Shown here: piece by piece, positions 1 through 13,380 of the stretch
Layout: each line of letters opens with the position of its first letter
How positions within the stretch are numbered: position 1 is the stretch's first letter
NCBI GenBank assembly: GCA_028023455.1
Contig: JAQFVV010000007.1
Location: 4,278,001 to 4,342,000, forward strand
Length of the DNA: 64,000 nucleotides
Direction: 5' to 3'
Origin: Epiperipatus broadwayi
Lineage: Eukaryota > Animalia > Onychophora
Notes under the pieces: model-generated
Told to the model about the DNA's origin: nothing
Seen by the model: only the letters and a program-made list of their open reading frames with translations
Databases searched by the model: none
Program-made: the position numbers and the translations under genes

Positions 1-671
1 TATAAGTATCTGCACAATGTTATTGCATATTGATATGTATTTTAAATTTTTTGTCTTAAAACAAAAAATGATGAAAGTGTATGACATGATCATCATCATC
101 AATGGTCGGACATGTTATATCTTAATTTATTTTAGCATTTGTATTTTAAAGTTATACCGAGTGCCTTGTTAAAGTTTATTATATAGCTCTAGAACTGAAT
201 TGCTAAAAAAATATTATTAAAGAAGTGACTAATATTGTCAAAATACTACTGATAGATTTTGGGATTATTGTTTTTCTTTACAATAAATCATAATAAGTAG
301 ACAAAAGACATCCATTTGTTTTTGGTAATCTTAGTTAGTCCCTATAAATTTTTATTCATAGATTATCAACTAAAATAAATAATACAATGAATAAGAAAAT
401 CTGTAGTAAAATATATTTAAATTTATCTTTATTAAACTTCTTGATTTACAAACTGAAAACAAAAGAAATTACTATCACTGCTATTGTTATGAATGTTCTT
501 ATTTTTACAAAGGTATCACGGAAACTAAGAACCATATTTCTATCATGATGTTCTATTATTAACAATTTTTCACAGTTAAATATCCATGGTCATTCAATAT
601 TATTCATCACCAAGTAGTTTTCTTCAGAGTTTTAAGCAGACTTTTAACAGAGAAAAGATATTAGTTGTCAA

Positions 672-757
672 GTGTTAGGGGCCTAGCGGTTAGCATAGCT
701 GCCTTCCAAGCAGCTGGCTCATTGGCCCGAGTTCATTTCCCAGTCAATGCTTTGACA
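672..757 (+). mobile_element. tRNA-Gly(TCC)-derived short SINE / pseudo-tRNA, decayed copy
   Basis: GGTTAGCATAGCTGCCTTCCAAGCAG matches the tRNA-Gly(TCC) D and anticodon arms. The acceptor stem is broken and there is a ~9-nt insertion. The 3' trailer TTTGACA is shared with the copies at 39.4 and 45.5 kb. Confidence 0.75.
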
Positions 758-2291
758 TATATATATATATCAGTTAAAAGTAATGTGTTTTCTTGTTACA
801 TGATTGTTTGAAAAACTGAAGTTTTTACTTTTAACAGTCACAATGGAAACAAGCTACAGTAATAATAAAAGAAATTGGTCATTTAAATAAGCAAACGGAG
901 TATATTATTTTACTACTTTATTATATCTTAACTGCACCACTAGTAAGTTATCGTTTTGAGATAGCAAGATATCAGTCAACTCATTCATTTTGGTCAAATG
1001 GATATTTTGTATCTCCGTTATTATCAAATCATTAATAAAAGTTTGACATTTTATTTCAACATGTTTTATATCTTTTATATAATCCATTCACAAAGTCATT
1101 GTTCAGCAAGTGGAGCATGGATTATTTTAATCTCAATTAGTCACTATTCAATATTCTACTTGATAAAAATGGCATCATTATATTTATACCATCTAATATA
1201 ACATATGGACTAAAAAGCTATTATATAAATAAAAGGTCCATAATTTTGTAATACAACTTTTAATACTGTATCAAATTCATATTCATCTTATTTTCAACCA
1301 TTTGCAATCTTAACTTTTAAAGAGAGTTCAACTAAGATACTGTACACTATGGATGTAATAAATCCTGCATACCTGTTGAGTGTTTTAAATATCATTAGAC
1401 CGTCCTTATTGCTTGTGCACACCATCAATGTCAACAGCTTTAAAATCTACTTTTGGCTAGTAGATAAAAAATATTTGTTTACTGTAACTTTATTAAAGTT
1501 TTTATGGATGTCCAGATGCTATTTTATTTTTAAAGTAACTAACATATTCATTAATTATGAGAAAACTTTAGCATTTGATACATTAAGTATGTAACCAATT
1601 AAAAATATTGAAGACCTGCATGTAATAGATAATTATTTCCTTTTTATAAAAAGAATTTATCATTATTCATTTTACCATAAATTAACTATCAAGTTAGGAT
1701 CAAAACAATCATTACAAAATAGTTTTCAAAACTGGGGAAAAAGTAATAATAATTGAAAAGGTTGGTATTTGTTCTATTTAATTGCTATATATTGAACTGT
1801 TGAAGAAAATAATGTTTCCTTTTACTAATAGTAGCTCAAATTCAACACATGCAAATAAATTTATAACCAAGAGTATTGAATGCATTATTCACATTAAATA
1901 CATTTCTAATGAATGACAACTAACATATTACTTTTTGTATAATATACATATATACTTAAATATTATTCCAGCATTAAGTTTAAAGTTATTTACAATTCTC
2001 TTAAAATCCCAATGTACACATAAAATATAATAAAAGCTCTTGCAGCCTGTTATAGTCCTTATATCCATTTCTCTTACTTACCATAATGGATATATTTAGA
2101 AGTCCTACTTAAATGACAAACCTGGGTGGTTTATTTTTCTTATATCTGTTTTTCATTTACTAATATCTCTGATGAAAGCTATCTTTTATTCTTATTAAAA
2201 CACTTTTTATATTACAGACTTCAATTGGTCACTAGAGTTAAACCATTAGAACATCATATGATCACCATTTCTTATGTGTACACAATCTGTT

Positions 2292-2489
2292 AACACATTT
2301 AGCAACCTTCTTCATACACTATTGCCACCTAGTTCAAACCACAATAATCAATGGATGCTCAAAGGCTAGTGCATCAAATCCCTATCTAGGATCTAGACAG
2401 GGATTTGATGAACTAACTTTCTAGCATCTATTGATTACTATGGCTTGCACTAGATGGCAATACCATATGGAGAGAACTGCTGCTGTGTT
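2292..2489. repeat. Imperfect ~200-bp fold-back palindrome (MITE-like)
   Basis: Arms such as CATCAAATCCCT/AGGGATTTGATG and TATTGCCACCTAGT/ACTAGATGGCAATA are reverse complements around a central ATCTAGGATCTAGAC. Confidence 0.85.
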
Positions 2490-2831
2490 GTTTTTTGGAG
2501 TCCAACTCGTTTGCACTTTTGTTTTATTAGGAAGAGATTAGACTAGACTCATCAGTAAATAACTGGCTTGATTTTGTTACAAAGTTTTCATTAATTATTT
2601 TTATTTATAATTCAAAATTAATTAGTTTTTTAATTAGTAAATTATTTATTATATATATTCTATATATCTAGAAACTTATTTCTTATGGTGTAAAATCATT
2701 AATATTAGAAAACATGCACAGACAACCATAATCAAGTCTGCCTTTTTTAAAACTAAATTATTATCTTATTTCTCTTTCACCTTATATCTCAAAATCACCC
2801 TTTTCTTTATTTTGCTATAATATCCTATATA

Positions 2832-3272
<441 letters not shown>

Positions 3273-3746
3273 ACCTTATATCTCCTTTATACATTGATTA
3301 ATTTTATAAAACAAACATAAATCCCTTTTTAAATCATATTTTATTTTTTACTTGATCAATATTAAAGTTTTAACTAACTAGCAGTCATCTTCAGAGCTAA
3401 AGATATATAAAAGTGTCCATGAATATGTAAACAGAGAGATCTAAACCATATAAACAATACTAACATTATAATCAATGATACATTGAATCCTTTATCTATA
3501 ATATTTATATATTACAGTTATATTATAATCATGTTAAAGGCTGTAAATCTTTAAAAATTTATATAATTCATTTTTTATTTTTTAACATACTAATTAATAT
3601 TATTATAGCCACAATAATCTACCTACACTACTAACATTATAACCAATTATATATTGAATCCTTTTTATATAACTATTGTAATAATATTAATTACTATGTG
3701 ACAAAATGGTATTTTGGTATTATTCATGCTATGAGATATTACTCTG

Positions 3747-3899
3747 ATGATGTATTACTCCAAATTTGCAATATAATTAAATAACACTTCCAAGGAATGT
3801 GCAGATAAAGTTAATTGATAAAATTTGTCTGCAGATCTCATGGATATTCTAAACATATTACAAACTTAAAATAATGCATCACTGGAAGTAATACATCAT
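3747..3899. repeat. Imperfect inverted repeat
   Basis: ATGATGTATTACTCC (3747-3761) versus GGAAGTAATACATCAT (3884-3899), with further pairing inside. Confidence 0.6.
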
Positions 3900-4058
3900 A
3901 CCACATATAATATTAAAGTTCAAATGTAAAAAAAAAAAAATCTCACATATGTTTATTATAGAAAAAAGAAAAAAAATCATTATGATACTAAATAAAACAG
4001 GTACTTGTGGGTTGTGCCTTTTTAGTACAACACTTCATGTCACCAAAGCTATCCTTAC

Positions 4059-4122
4059 ACCTTCTGGCATAATATGGCACTTTGCACCATCATATTCCAC
4101 TATGTAATACCAAACATCAAAT
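4059..4122 (-). CDS. Candidate 64-nt internal host exon (FDVWYYIVEYDGAKCHIMPEG)
   Basis: Polypyrimidine tract plus AG acceptor (TTTTTTTTTAG), GTAAGG donor, and an open frame with protein-like composition. No homolog recognised. Confidence 0.25.
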
Positions 4123-5929
4123 CTAAAAAAAAACATATAATTTCCAATGCTGGAGAGATATATTCATTATGGAAAAAGTGAAAAATATAAAATGAACCTT
4201 GAAACATTTTTTAAATAGTGAGTTGTAACAAAGTTTTAGATTTCCATTATTATTTTTAACCTAAAAAAACAAAACAAAATGGTGAATTGTAAGTTTAATC
4301 TTATATTTTAAATATCTTTTAAAAAACACAAATATAATAAGTTTTATTTGTAAATATATATAAATGTTTAGCAAAAAAACACAAATATAACAATTTTTTA
4401 TCTCTAAATGTATTTTTTAAGTAGAAAAAACACAGTATTACTTCCAAATGATGTGATACATTTATATTGCTTAGGAAAAAAGTCACAGAACTAGCACAAA
4501 ATCTCACAAGTCAGCACGTTTTACAAATTGGTGATGTGTATACGTGTGAAAAGTTGCCATAACATCATGAAAACATCGCCAGAGTAATACGAAATACCAA
4601 TGTACCAAAAAAATAAATTATATAAATTGGTGAAGATTTACTGCCTTTAATATGATTATCTTATAACTGCAATATAGACGTTTGAAGGCATGTACTTAGT
4701 ATAAATGTAGTAAATATATAAAAAGAAAAATTCAATATATAATTGGCTATAATGTAAGTATTCTTTATATATACTTTAGCACTGAAGAAGGGGTCAATCC
4801 AAACTGTAAAATTGATCAACTAAAAAATAAGATATAGCATTGTAAAAATAATTAAAGAAAAGAGGATGAATATATTTGTTTTATAAATTAATCATCTTCT
4901 GATAATATATTTTCGACAGAGATTTAAAAAATTAACTCTTGATTTTATTAAAAAAAAAAAACCATTTCTCTCATGTACAAAATAATGATTTAATTTAATA
5001 TTCTTAATCAAAGGAAATCTTTTTTTATTAATTAGCTTTACATACTATCTTAAAGGTGGTGTTCTTTTTAGAATATTTTTACTTGTGAGGTTTAAACGAT
5101 GCTGACATGATTTTGAATGATTAGATTTGGAAAAAAGCTATTTTACATCAAAATGATTTAAATAGATCTAAAGTACAAAAGAAAAGTCTAATATTAGTAA
5201 CTTCCGAAAATATTTATAAAACCTTTTTAAATGTTTAATTTTTTTTATTTTATTTTATAAATATGATTTATTTTATTTTTTTTTAAAAAAAAAATACTTC
5301 AAAAAATAAATAAATAACGCTATTTTTTTACTTGTAAAACTTCCTTTGATATCAACACTTCTTGTTTTAATAGATTTTCTTTTAAAAAATTTATTTATAA
5401 ATTTACTATTTTTTTATTTTTTATTTTTTTTTTAATTCCTTAATAGGAATATATATATTTAAAATTGTATTGCATTTTTAAAATTTGTATTTTTATTTTT
5501 TAAAAAAAATAGGTCTATTCATATTAATATAAATGTAGTAAAAAGTAGATATGTTAAATATATTAAGTTATTTATTAAAAAATAGTTTCAATAATGAAGA
5601 CAGTAGAATATTGAACCCAAACCAATAACACCTTTGATCTCTGCAGCTAACTCAGCAATCTGTTTCCTATATGAATGTATGATAAATTTTGAAGCAATCA
5701 TAATAAACCCATATGTATCTAAATAAATAAACTAGATATATAAGAAAATATATTTGTGGTACATTGTTAACCTTTTCTCTCTTTTTTGTTTATCTTTTTC
5801 TAGAATCATAATGAGAGTATTAGTTTATGAGTGGTTGCAAATGAATAGAATGAAAGAAGTTTAGAATAAATGAAAAAGTATATGAAATGTTATCAAAACT
5901 GCATTTATGTCTATTAATAATAAAATAGT

Positions 5930-6134
5930 CATCATCATCAACCATTATCAATCCACTGCAGAATGAAGGTCTCTCCAAGTTCAATCCATCTTCTCCAATC
6001 TTTAGCTTATCTCCACATCACCCCTGCACACTTTCTTATTTCATCCATCCATCTCACATGTGGTCTCTTTCTGAGTATTTTATAATCTCTTGGAATCCAG
6101 TTTAAGATTTCAATTGTCCACCTATTATCATCTC
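5930..6134 (-). mobile_element. 5'-truncated RTE family A 3' fragment with TSD
   Basis: Matches the 3' end of 29425-31684, has a (GAT)n tail, and is flanked by an 11-bp direct repeat AATAAAATAGT (5919-5929 and 6135-6145). Confidence 0.92.
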
Positions 6135-6520
6135 AATAAAATAGTATTTACCTATAAATACAATGTCTACAGCCAGAAAATATTATTTATATTATAATTA
6201 TAATGGATACAATTATCAGATATTGTTTATTACATCTAGTAACTTAACATTTTAACTAACTTGCTTGATTTATAAAATAAATGACATCAAAGTATTTTCC
6301 ATAGCTTTTTAATAATAATGCATCTTAATTTACTATTAGTATAATCTCTATATATTTATAAAATAGACTTGATTATAACTTATCTCTGGTTTTAAGGATT
6401 ATATTTATTAAAAAATAAAAATTATTTTTCATGTATAAACTGAGATATTTAGAGTAGTAAATTGGGGGTCATTTGTCTTTTACTGTATATTTATTTATAT
6501 AAATTTAAAAAGATTGGGGA

Positions 6521-6780
6521 AGTATGGAGGTTGTTTAATATATCTATAAAGATATTACACATGGGAAAGAGGAAGGTGAACAACCCCATGTGTGTATGTG
6601 TTTAAAATTAAAAAATCAGATATATTAATCTTTAACTGAGGTTTAAAGTTTATATCTGTGCTAGAGATAATTTCTAGTTTAGAAAATGATTAGTACTAAT
6701 TATTATTGTATTTATCTGAGATAGATAGCATCAAAACTGTGAATGGAATGAGTTTGACAATGGTAAATAAAAATGTAACC
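6521..6780 (+). repeat. Dispersed repeat, unclassified (second copy about 37214-37460)
   Basis: Shared GGAAGGTGAA..CCATGTGTGT..AAAAAATCAGATAT..TATCTGTGCTAGAGA..GTTTGACA. Confidence 0.7.
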
Positions 6781-7460
6781 ATAAAACTATTTGTCAAGCG
6801 CTTTCACCTTTGGTATCATGTACCAGAATCATGGTAACATATTATTTATTAAGAAATAATATTTATAATACTTTAAGATTTTATAATAAACGCTATTTTG
6901 AAAAAAAAAATTAATTAAAAGATTTAGATTTAAATAATAATATTTTATCAGTCTTTCTTCTATGTATTTTATCTAAAAAGTATATACAAAAGAAATCCTA
7001 ACAAGATGTTAATATTTATATGAAGTATTTTTCACATAAAATTGTCTTTACAGTTTTTAGGGTTTTAGATGTTTATGGTTGCTTATTATTATTATACATG
7101 TTCTGGCTGAAACTCAAATGTCATATCAGATTAATATGTGTGATTAAGGAGAAATTGGTGTTGCTTGAGACATTGCTTCTATTGGTATAAAACACCAAAA
7201 CTTAATAAGCCACTGATATTACTTAGATGATTGATTGAAACATCAATGCAGTAAATAATTAAAGAAGTGACTTTATTGTTTAGGTGATCATAAGAAGTTT
7301 GAATGCCAAAAGTGTTAGACCTGCAATCAACTTGATAGTTTCCACTCTAGAGTTTGACACTTTACTGTTACACTAAATCATGCAGGTCTTTGCATTATAA
7401 TAGCCTGCCAAATCCATGAAAAAAACTAAACTATATTCATATATATGACTGCATCTTGAA

Positions 7461-7570
7461 TTAGTTTGTATTACAAAGCTGCATAGTTAAGAAGGCTTAA
7501 TAAAATACTATGATAGATTCGGTTAGTAAATTTTTTATATTGCCATATGTGTATGCACATACTGAATATA
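7461..7570 (+). repeat. Dispersed repeat, unclassified (second copy about 26050-26160)
   Basis: Shared CAAAGCTGCATAGTTAAGAAGGCTTAATA..GGTTAGTAAATTTTTTATATTG..ATGCACATA. Confidence 0.75.
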
Positions 7571-8712
7571 TATATATATATTGTACCGTTTATTTATATA
7601 TGGTACAAATATATTGGTATTTGGCAAAAGCTAAAAAAAAAAAGTAAATTTAGAGAATTATTTTTTTTGATTAGTATAATTTTTTTTAAACATACAACGA
7701 AAGTTAAATTTTCCTACCATATTTTTTTTTTATCTAATTAAAAATATGAGTAAAAAATTGGAGAGAACAAAAGACACACAAATTACTAATCCAGATAAGC
7801 TAAAAGAAAAATATTTTAGCTAATTAAAGATTGCAGAATTATGGTAAAAAAATAAAGACTTTGTAACTTAAATTTAAGAGAGAGTGTACAAGATTATTAT
7901 CTTATATGGTGATAAAAAGACAAAAGGATGTGCAGAAGTTTCACAAACTGGATTGAGGTATAAAAAAGGACAACTTCGATCTAGGTCTTTCTTTACCTTC
8001 TGGTTCCATGTCTTAGACTTGGAGATTTCCATGAGCATAACCTGTGGCAGTAATATACTTCTGCACAAGTATGCCACTTGCTGTACCGAGCTGTGATGCA
8101 AGCATGAAAATGGAACTTTGTGAATACCGCTTTTTACAATGAAAGGGTCATCACAACCATTCTTTTTCTCTAGTTTTAGAATAGACCAATAATTGAAGAT
8201 GCCAGCAGGAGAGACCAATGGAAATTCATATGAGCTCAGGATCCCATAAATCTACACCAACTTACCGGTAAGCTAAGATTAACTTTTCCCGATTGTGACT
8301 TAAAGTTTGCAAACAACTCTTTAAAGAAAAAAGTTTAAAATAATCCTGATAAAGCTTTAATTTTATTGTTCAAGATACTCTTGTTTACCCAAGAACTTTA
8401 ATTGTTTAACTGTTATTTTTTATTAATGGATTCATGTCTGGATTAGCATGTGTTCTCTCCAGTGTTATTTAATTAGTAATTTATCTTTAAACAGTTTAAT
8501 TTGTTAGAATAAAAATATTTATTTCTAATACCAACTTTTCCTTGTATGTTATTGATGATTATTATTAAATTTATTAATATTAGTTTAGTAAGATTTGAAA
8601 ATATAATTTACCTCTGCCAATATGTGTTGACTAAGCTCCAGGAATAATAATATCTAAAAAATAACTCTAGTTACGGTAAAATATGATACCGATTCTCTTC
8701 AAAACATTTTTT

Positions 8713-9856
8713 GGTACTCATAACCTAATCGGGCTTGGCCACTTGATGGTGTTCTGGCTCACCAAAACACCTAACAAATGTTGTTTACAAGGCCTGACTT
8801 ACGGCTATAGAAAACATCTAATGTTTGTCTTAGCCATTAGAAGGATGTTGATGATGTAATGCAGAAATAATATGGCCTATTTCTGCTTTGTGACAGTTTC
8901 TGTGAATCCACACACTTATCTTTCATGTACAGTTTGATATATATGTGTGTATAGTTTGATTAGTCAAATTTTTACAATATACATTACACAATCTTTGTAT
9001 TTGTAATGAATTTAAGAAACCTGACTGTATAGTTATTTTCCAAATAACCACCCCTTATTTAGAGAAGGTGTAATGTGTAAAAGCTTGCCGAGGGTACATC
9101 AACAGAATTCGGCTGAGTTCGCATGCGAAATCTCATTTTCACAGGAAATACCATGTAGTTCATAAAATGGCTGGTGATCGTGTAACTTTTTCCGCAGTTG
9201 CTGAAAACAGAAGCCAAGTATTTCTGCTGTCCAATAAAAATGTACACGATTTTTTGTAAATTTCATAGAAAGCACATATTATAAACATGTTTAAAAAGTA
9301 AAGAAGACATTTATATATGTTTGTTGTTGTTTAAAAAAGTTTGAGTTTCTTTCTTTTGTCCGACTATGGTCATGATTTTGATATTTTTTATTTTAGCATT
9401 ACAAACAATAGAACACTAACCCTAAAACTAACCCTAACCCTAAAACTAACCCTAAACCTAACCCTAAACTAACCCTAAAACTAACCCTAAACTAACTCTA
9501 AAACTAACCCTAACCCTACACAGTTTTTTTGTTATGTAGAAAGCAATAATTAAGTGAAAGACATCGCTAAATAGACATCGCAAAAAAAAGTTCTAGCAAT
9601 CAATCAATTAATAAATAAAAAGGAGGAATGATGATAATTTGTGCAAAAACAGCGATTTAAAAATAAAAAAAAAGATTGTTGTTTACTAAATACAAAATTA
9701 AAAAGGCATGAAAAAAAAGTTATAGCAATCAATAAATTAATAACCAAAAAAAAACATCGATTTAAAAATCACACGGCCCTGTAAAGTGTACATTGTATTG
9801 ATTTTGACTTCCAACAATGCCATCAAGTGGCCAAGCCCGATTACGTTATAATTACC
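8713..9856. mobile_element. Non-autonomous TIR element (MITE), superfamily unassigned
   Basis: About 41-bp terminal inverted repeats: GGTACTCATAACCTAATCGGGCTTGGCCACTTGATGGTGTT (8713-8753) and the reverse complement of 9816-9856. Subterminal TTTACARGGCC motif. No transposase ORF. Confidence 0.8.
9416..9518 (+). repeat. Telomere-like (CCCTAA / CTAAAA variant) tandem tract inside the MITE
   Basis: Mixed CTAACCCTAA(A)1-2 units. Confidence 0.85.
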
Positions 9857-10106
9857 CATTTTTCTTTTTAATTTTTGAGATGCAATGTGAAGGATTTTAG
9901 CAGATTCTTATATAAATCCTAGCACCTGTATAAAAAAAATAAAAGCTGATTCCATCAATAACGTAAATCGTAACAATTACTAGGTAGAGTTGATCAGGAA
10001 ATATAGTTATGTTTTTAAAAATAGGAATGAAACTTTCTACTTTTTCCATAACTTGATTAACTCACACATTTTATATGTTACAGAGATTTAGTCAGATGGG
10101 CAAAAC

Positions 10107-10163
<57 letters not shown>

Positions 10164-10769
10164 TGAATATTGCCATTTTACTGTATATTTTTCCTTTCTG
10201 ATGAAAACCATTACCTGTGGTTGAAATATTATATTATTTCTTGGATTTATGTCTTTTTTTGTTTATATATATATATATATATATATTGTAACAGTCAGAA
10301 TCATCTATCTCGCTAACACACTGCAGAATTCAAACCCAGACACAAAACTGAACATTCTAGGAGGGGTTGCCTTCTAGATATACTAAGTTCGAATCTAAAG
10401 CCCAAATTTCACAGCACCATCTACGTGACAATGCATCTGATGCCACTACTAGTATGACCTTTGACCGGTGCCTGGTGGTCAGGGAGAAACAAAAGACTCT
10501 ATACTAAAAGAAGTTCGGGTGGCTAATTAACATCTATGGATTTACAAAAGAAATGCAGAAAATATATATATAGACCGAGTCAGTGATAGGAATCAAATAA
10601 AATAAGAGATCAAATTTAGTTTTAAATAATTTCACAAAATTTATTCATATAAATTATATATATAATGCCACTGTCTGCTTATATGAGACAGGGATGCATA
10701 TTAAATAATTATAGGCATTATATTCCCACAACTGACAAAAAGACTTTAAAACAAAGTGATGTATTGTAT

Positions 10770-11330
10770 TCCTCAGGCTAATAGCATTACGATAATGTGC
10801 TTGACAAGATAGGAACATGTGCGAGGTGCTTTGAGCAATTATACAAGTTTAAGAAAATATTTGAAATTAAGTGTTATAAAATATTTATTGATTTCGAGAA
10901 TAGCATGGACTAAAGCTTACTAAGCAACAAAGTGGGAATGTGATCAAAGCATTTATTTGATAATAATATTAATAGAGTTGCATTGGGAGGTCAGTATTGC
11001 TGATAATGAATTTATTAAAGTTGGAGGGTGTGACACGTTTAAGTCACGGATGCTTTGTAAAATAAATATAAAATAAAACAATATTGAAGATCCGAAATAA
11101 TTACGGAGGGCATCTCGCTGCTAAGCCATAGGAAAGTATTTTGATGAACAGCCGAAACTTAGCGACTGGGTGATGATTGCGTTTAATTCCCAGGTGTGTC
11201 ATTTGTGAATATACTCTGCCTGGAAACTGCAATAGTGAAAAGAGTCCTTGGAAAATTAAAACAAAGCGGTCTCAACAACCAATTCATTTACCAGCAATAC
11301 GAGACTAGTGTATATAAAACATACTGAATG
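10770..11330 (+). pseudogene. Possible PIF/Harbinger-type DDE transposase relic
   Basis: Broken translations RLIALR*CA, CEVL*AIIQV, DWVMIAF and IVKRVLGKLKQ occur in the order expected for Harbinger nuclease motifs. Many stops. Confidence 0.3.
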
Positions 11331-12970
11331 GGTTTTACTTGGATTAAGAGAAATGCCCAATCAAATTCCCAGAAATTCATTTAAAAGGGTCCGCACATTC
11401 TTGACATCAATGATGAACTTTGTAATTAAAGTAAAACATGGTAATTAAAATAGGAAAATGCATGCTTGTGGGTTTGAAAAGTAAGTATAGATTTATATAC
11501 ACAATCATGCATTAGGGGACACATTTAATCATTGACCTCGCACATACTCTCATATTAGATTAAAATCAATAATATGTAGATTTTAAACTAAGTGAATATA
11601 TTATATATTAAAGAAAAGAATCGCCCTCGAATGAGTGATTTGCAAGATAACAAAATTGGAAAATTATAAATTTAAAATATGCCTTAATAGCGGCGTCTTA
11701 CTTTCAATAAAGGAAATAGTTCACTCAGTCAAAGACGATTCTGACACATTATCATAATAAAATAAAAGAAAGCTTTATAAATAGAAAATATTAACCCAAG
11801 GATAGAGAGCAAAATGTTGAGTATATTTAAACATGTTAAAGAAATACATAATGAAGTTATGTGAAATATCAGAAAACAATTTAAAATAGCTATAGCATGT
11901 TAGTTATCACAAGAGCTCTTGGGTTAATTTAGGGTTACCTCTGGAGAAGCATTTTCAGGTAGATGTTCGGCAGGTTTTATAATTCAGCAGCAAAATCTGG
12001 AATGTTCATATTTTTGGCAGCAGCAGCAACAGTTCTGGGGTTCCCTGTGTGATAACTTCCAATGGTCTATGGCAACAGATGACCATTCCGGAAAGAAATA
12101 GCCTTCTCGCGATCTACTCTGTCATGTCAAGATTTACAAATTACTAGAATAGAACTCAGAATGATTTCTCTTAAAAACATTAGAAGAAAACTGGAGAACA
12201 AAAGAAAAACCTCCTTTTTATAGTAGAATTTAACAATAGAACTGCCCTGGAGCATTACACAAATATCGGACTTATCAGCTGTAATTAAATCATCCGAATG
12301 TCTAAAGGAATTCAACATTAATTAATTTCTTTTGTTACTTTCCCTGTCGACATTCGAATTACAAACTAGAATTACAAACTAGATTTAATTAAAAATTACT
12401 TTTATTAATTAAAGAAAACCTTAAGTGGACATCTGCTGTTTTTAGCTAAACTTATGAAATAATTAAACTATTGTCCCTCATTTATTTTAACAGAAATATT
12501 TGGAATAACTTTTATTAAATTAAAGAAAATGATTTTACTTTTTAAATTGCAATATTTGAATCTATTTACTAAACGAATATTTACTAAATGAATTTCATTT
12601 TAAATCAAAATATATTACGACGGTAATATATTTGTAAATAGATTCAAACAAAATAACTTTAACAATTTATAATTTTGATATATTTTAACATGCATATCAT
12701 AGTGGTGCACAACTACAACTTATATAACCTACTTTTTAATAAATCAAAATTATGTGAACATATACATAATCCATAATATTTATTTTATTTGGGAATGAAT
12801 TATATATATAATATGAGCATTGTGCTCGTGGTTTAAAATTAGGCGGGATTTTTGGTATATAAGCATATTGCAGACACACTACAATAGATTGGGGTTCAAA
12901 CTAAGGTATGAGGGTAGGAAATAGGTGAGAAAAGGTGAAACAAAGATCTGCAAAGCAGACCTTACTGTTT

Positions 12971-13004
<34 letters not shown>

Positions 13005-13380
13005 AAACAGACACAATGTGTCACAAATATATTTTAAGATTTATTTTCCTCTTCCACCGAAAGTGATTGATTAAAGTAGAACAGACATATATAAAATAAA
13101 TCAACTTTTCAATAATCTTATAAAAAAAAGCAAAATGTTTAAATTTAAGAGAAAATAATGAATGAGAGTTGGAAAAAAAGATAAATCTTTATTATTGATT
13201 TTTATAATTTTTAAGTCATGAAATAAATACATCTTTAAGCATTTAAAACTGACATTCATTAAAATATATTTTTAATTTTGAGCCGATATTGTTGTATACA
13301 AAATGTAATAATCGCTGCCTTGTTTTTCAAATTTGATAATCTGCCTAATTCCTCATTCTGTTCCTGCTAAAACTAAAATA

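Noticed and set aside
905-1087. 60-aa ORF as a gene
   Set aside because: Bounded by an upstream in-frame stop, with no recognisable domain or splice context.
4782-4806. CTGAAGAAGGGGTCAATCCAAAC as a hammerhead
   Set aside because: GAAA core lost, weak stem II and no stem I; at best a Penelope-end relic.
7874-8218. 114-aa ORF, possibly an integrase C-terminus/chromodomain or a host exon
   Set aside because: Only vague motif resemblance, with no supporting splice structure or neighbouring domains.
9416-9518. True or interstitial telomere
   Set aside because: Short, mixed unit lengths, and enclosed within a TIR element.
11950-12350. Gypsy gag N-terminus on the minus strand with a PBS-like TGTCGACAGGG
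   Set aside because: Similarity (KKEVFL, HLLP, DFAAEL) is too weak to support without a search.
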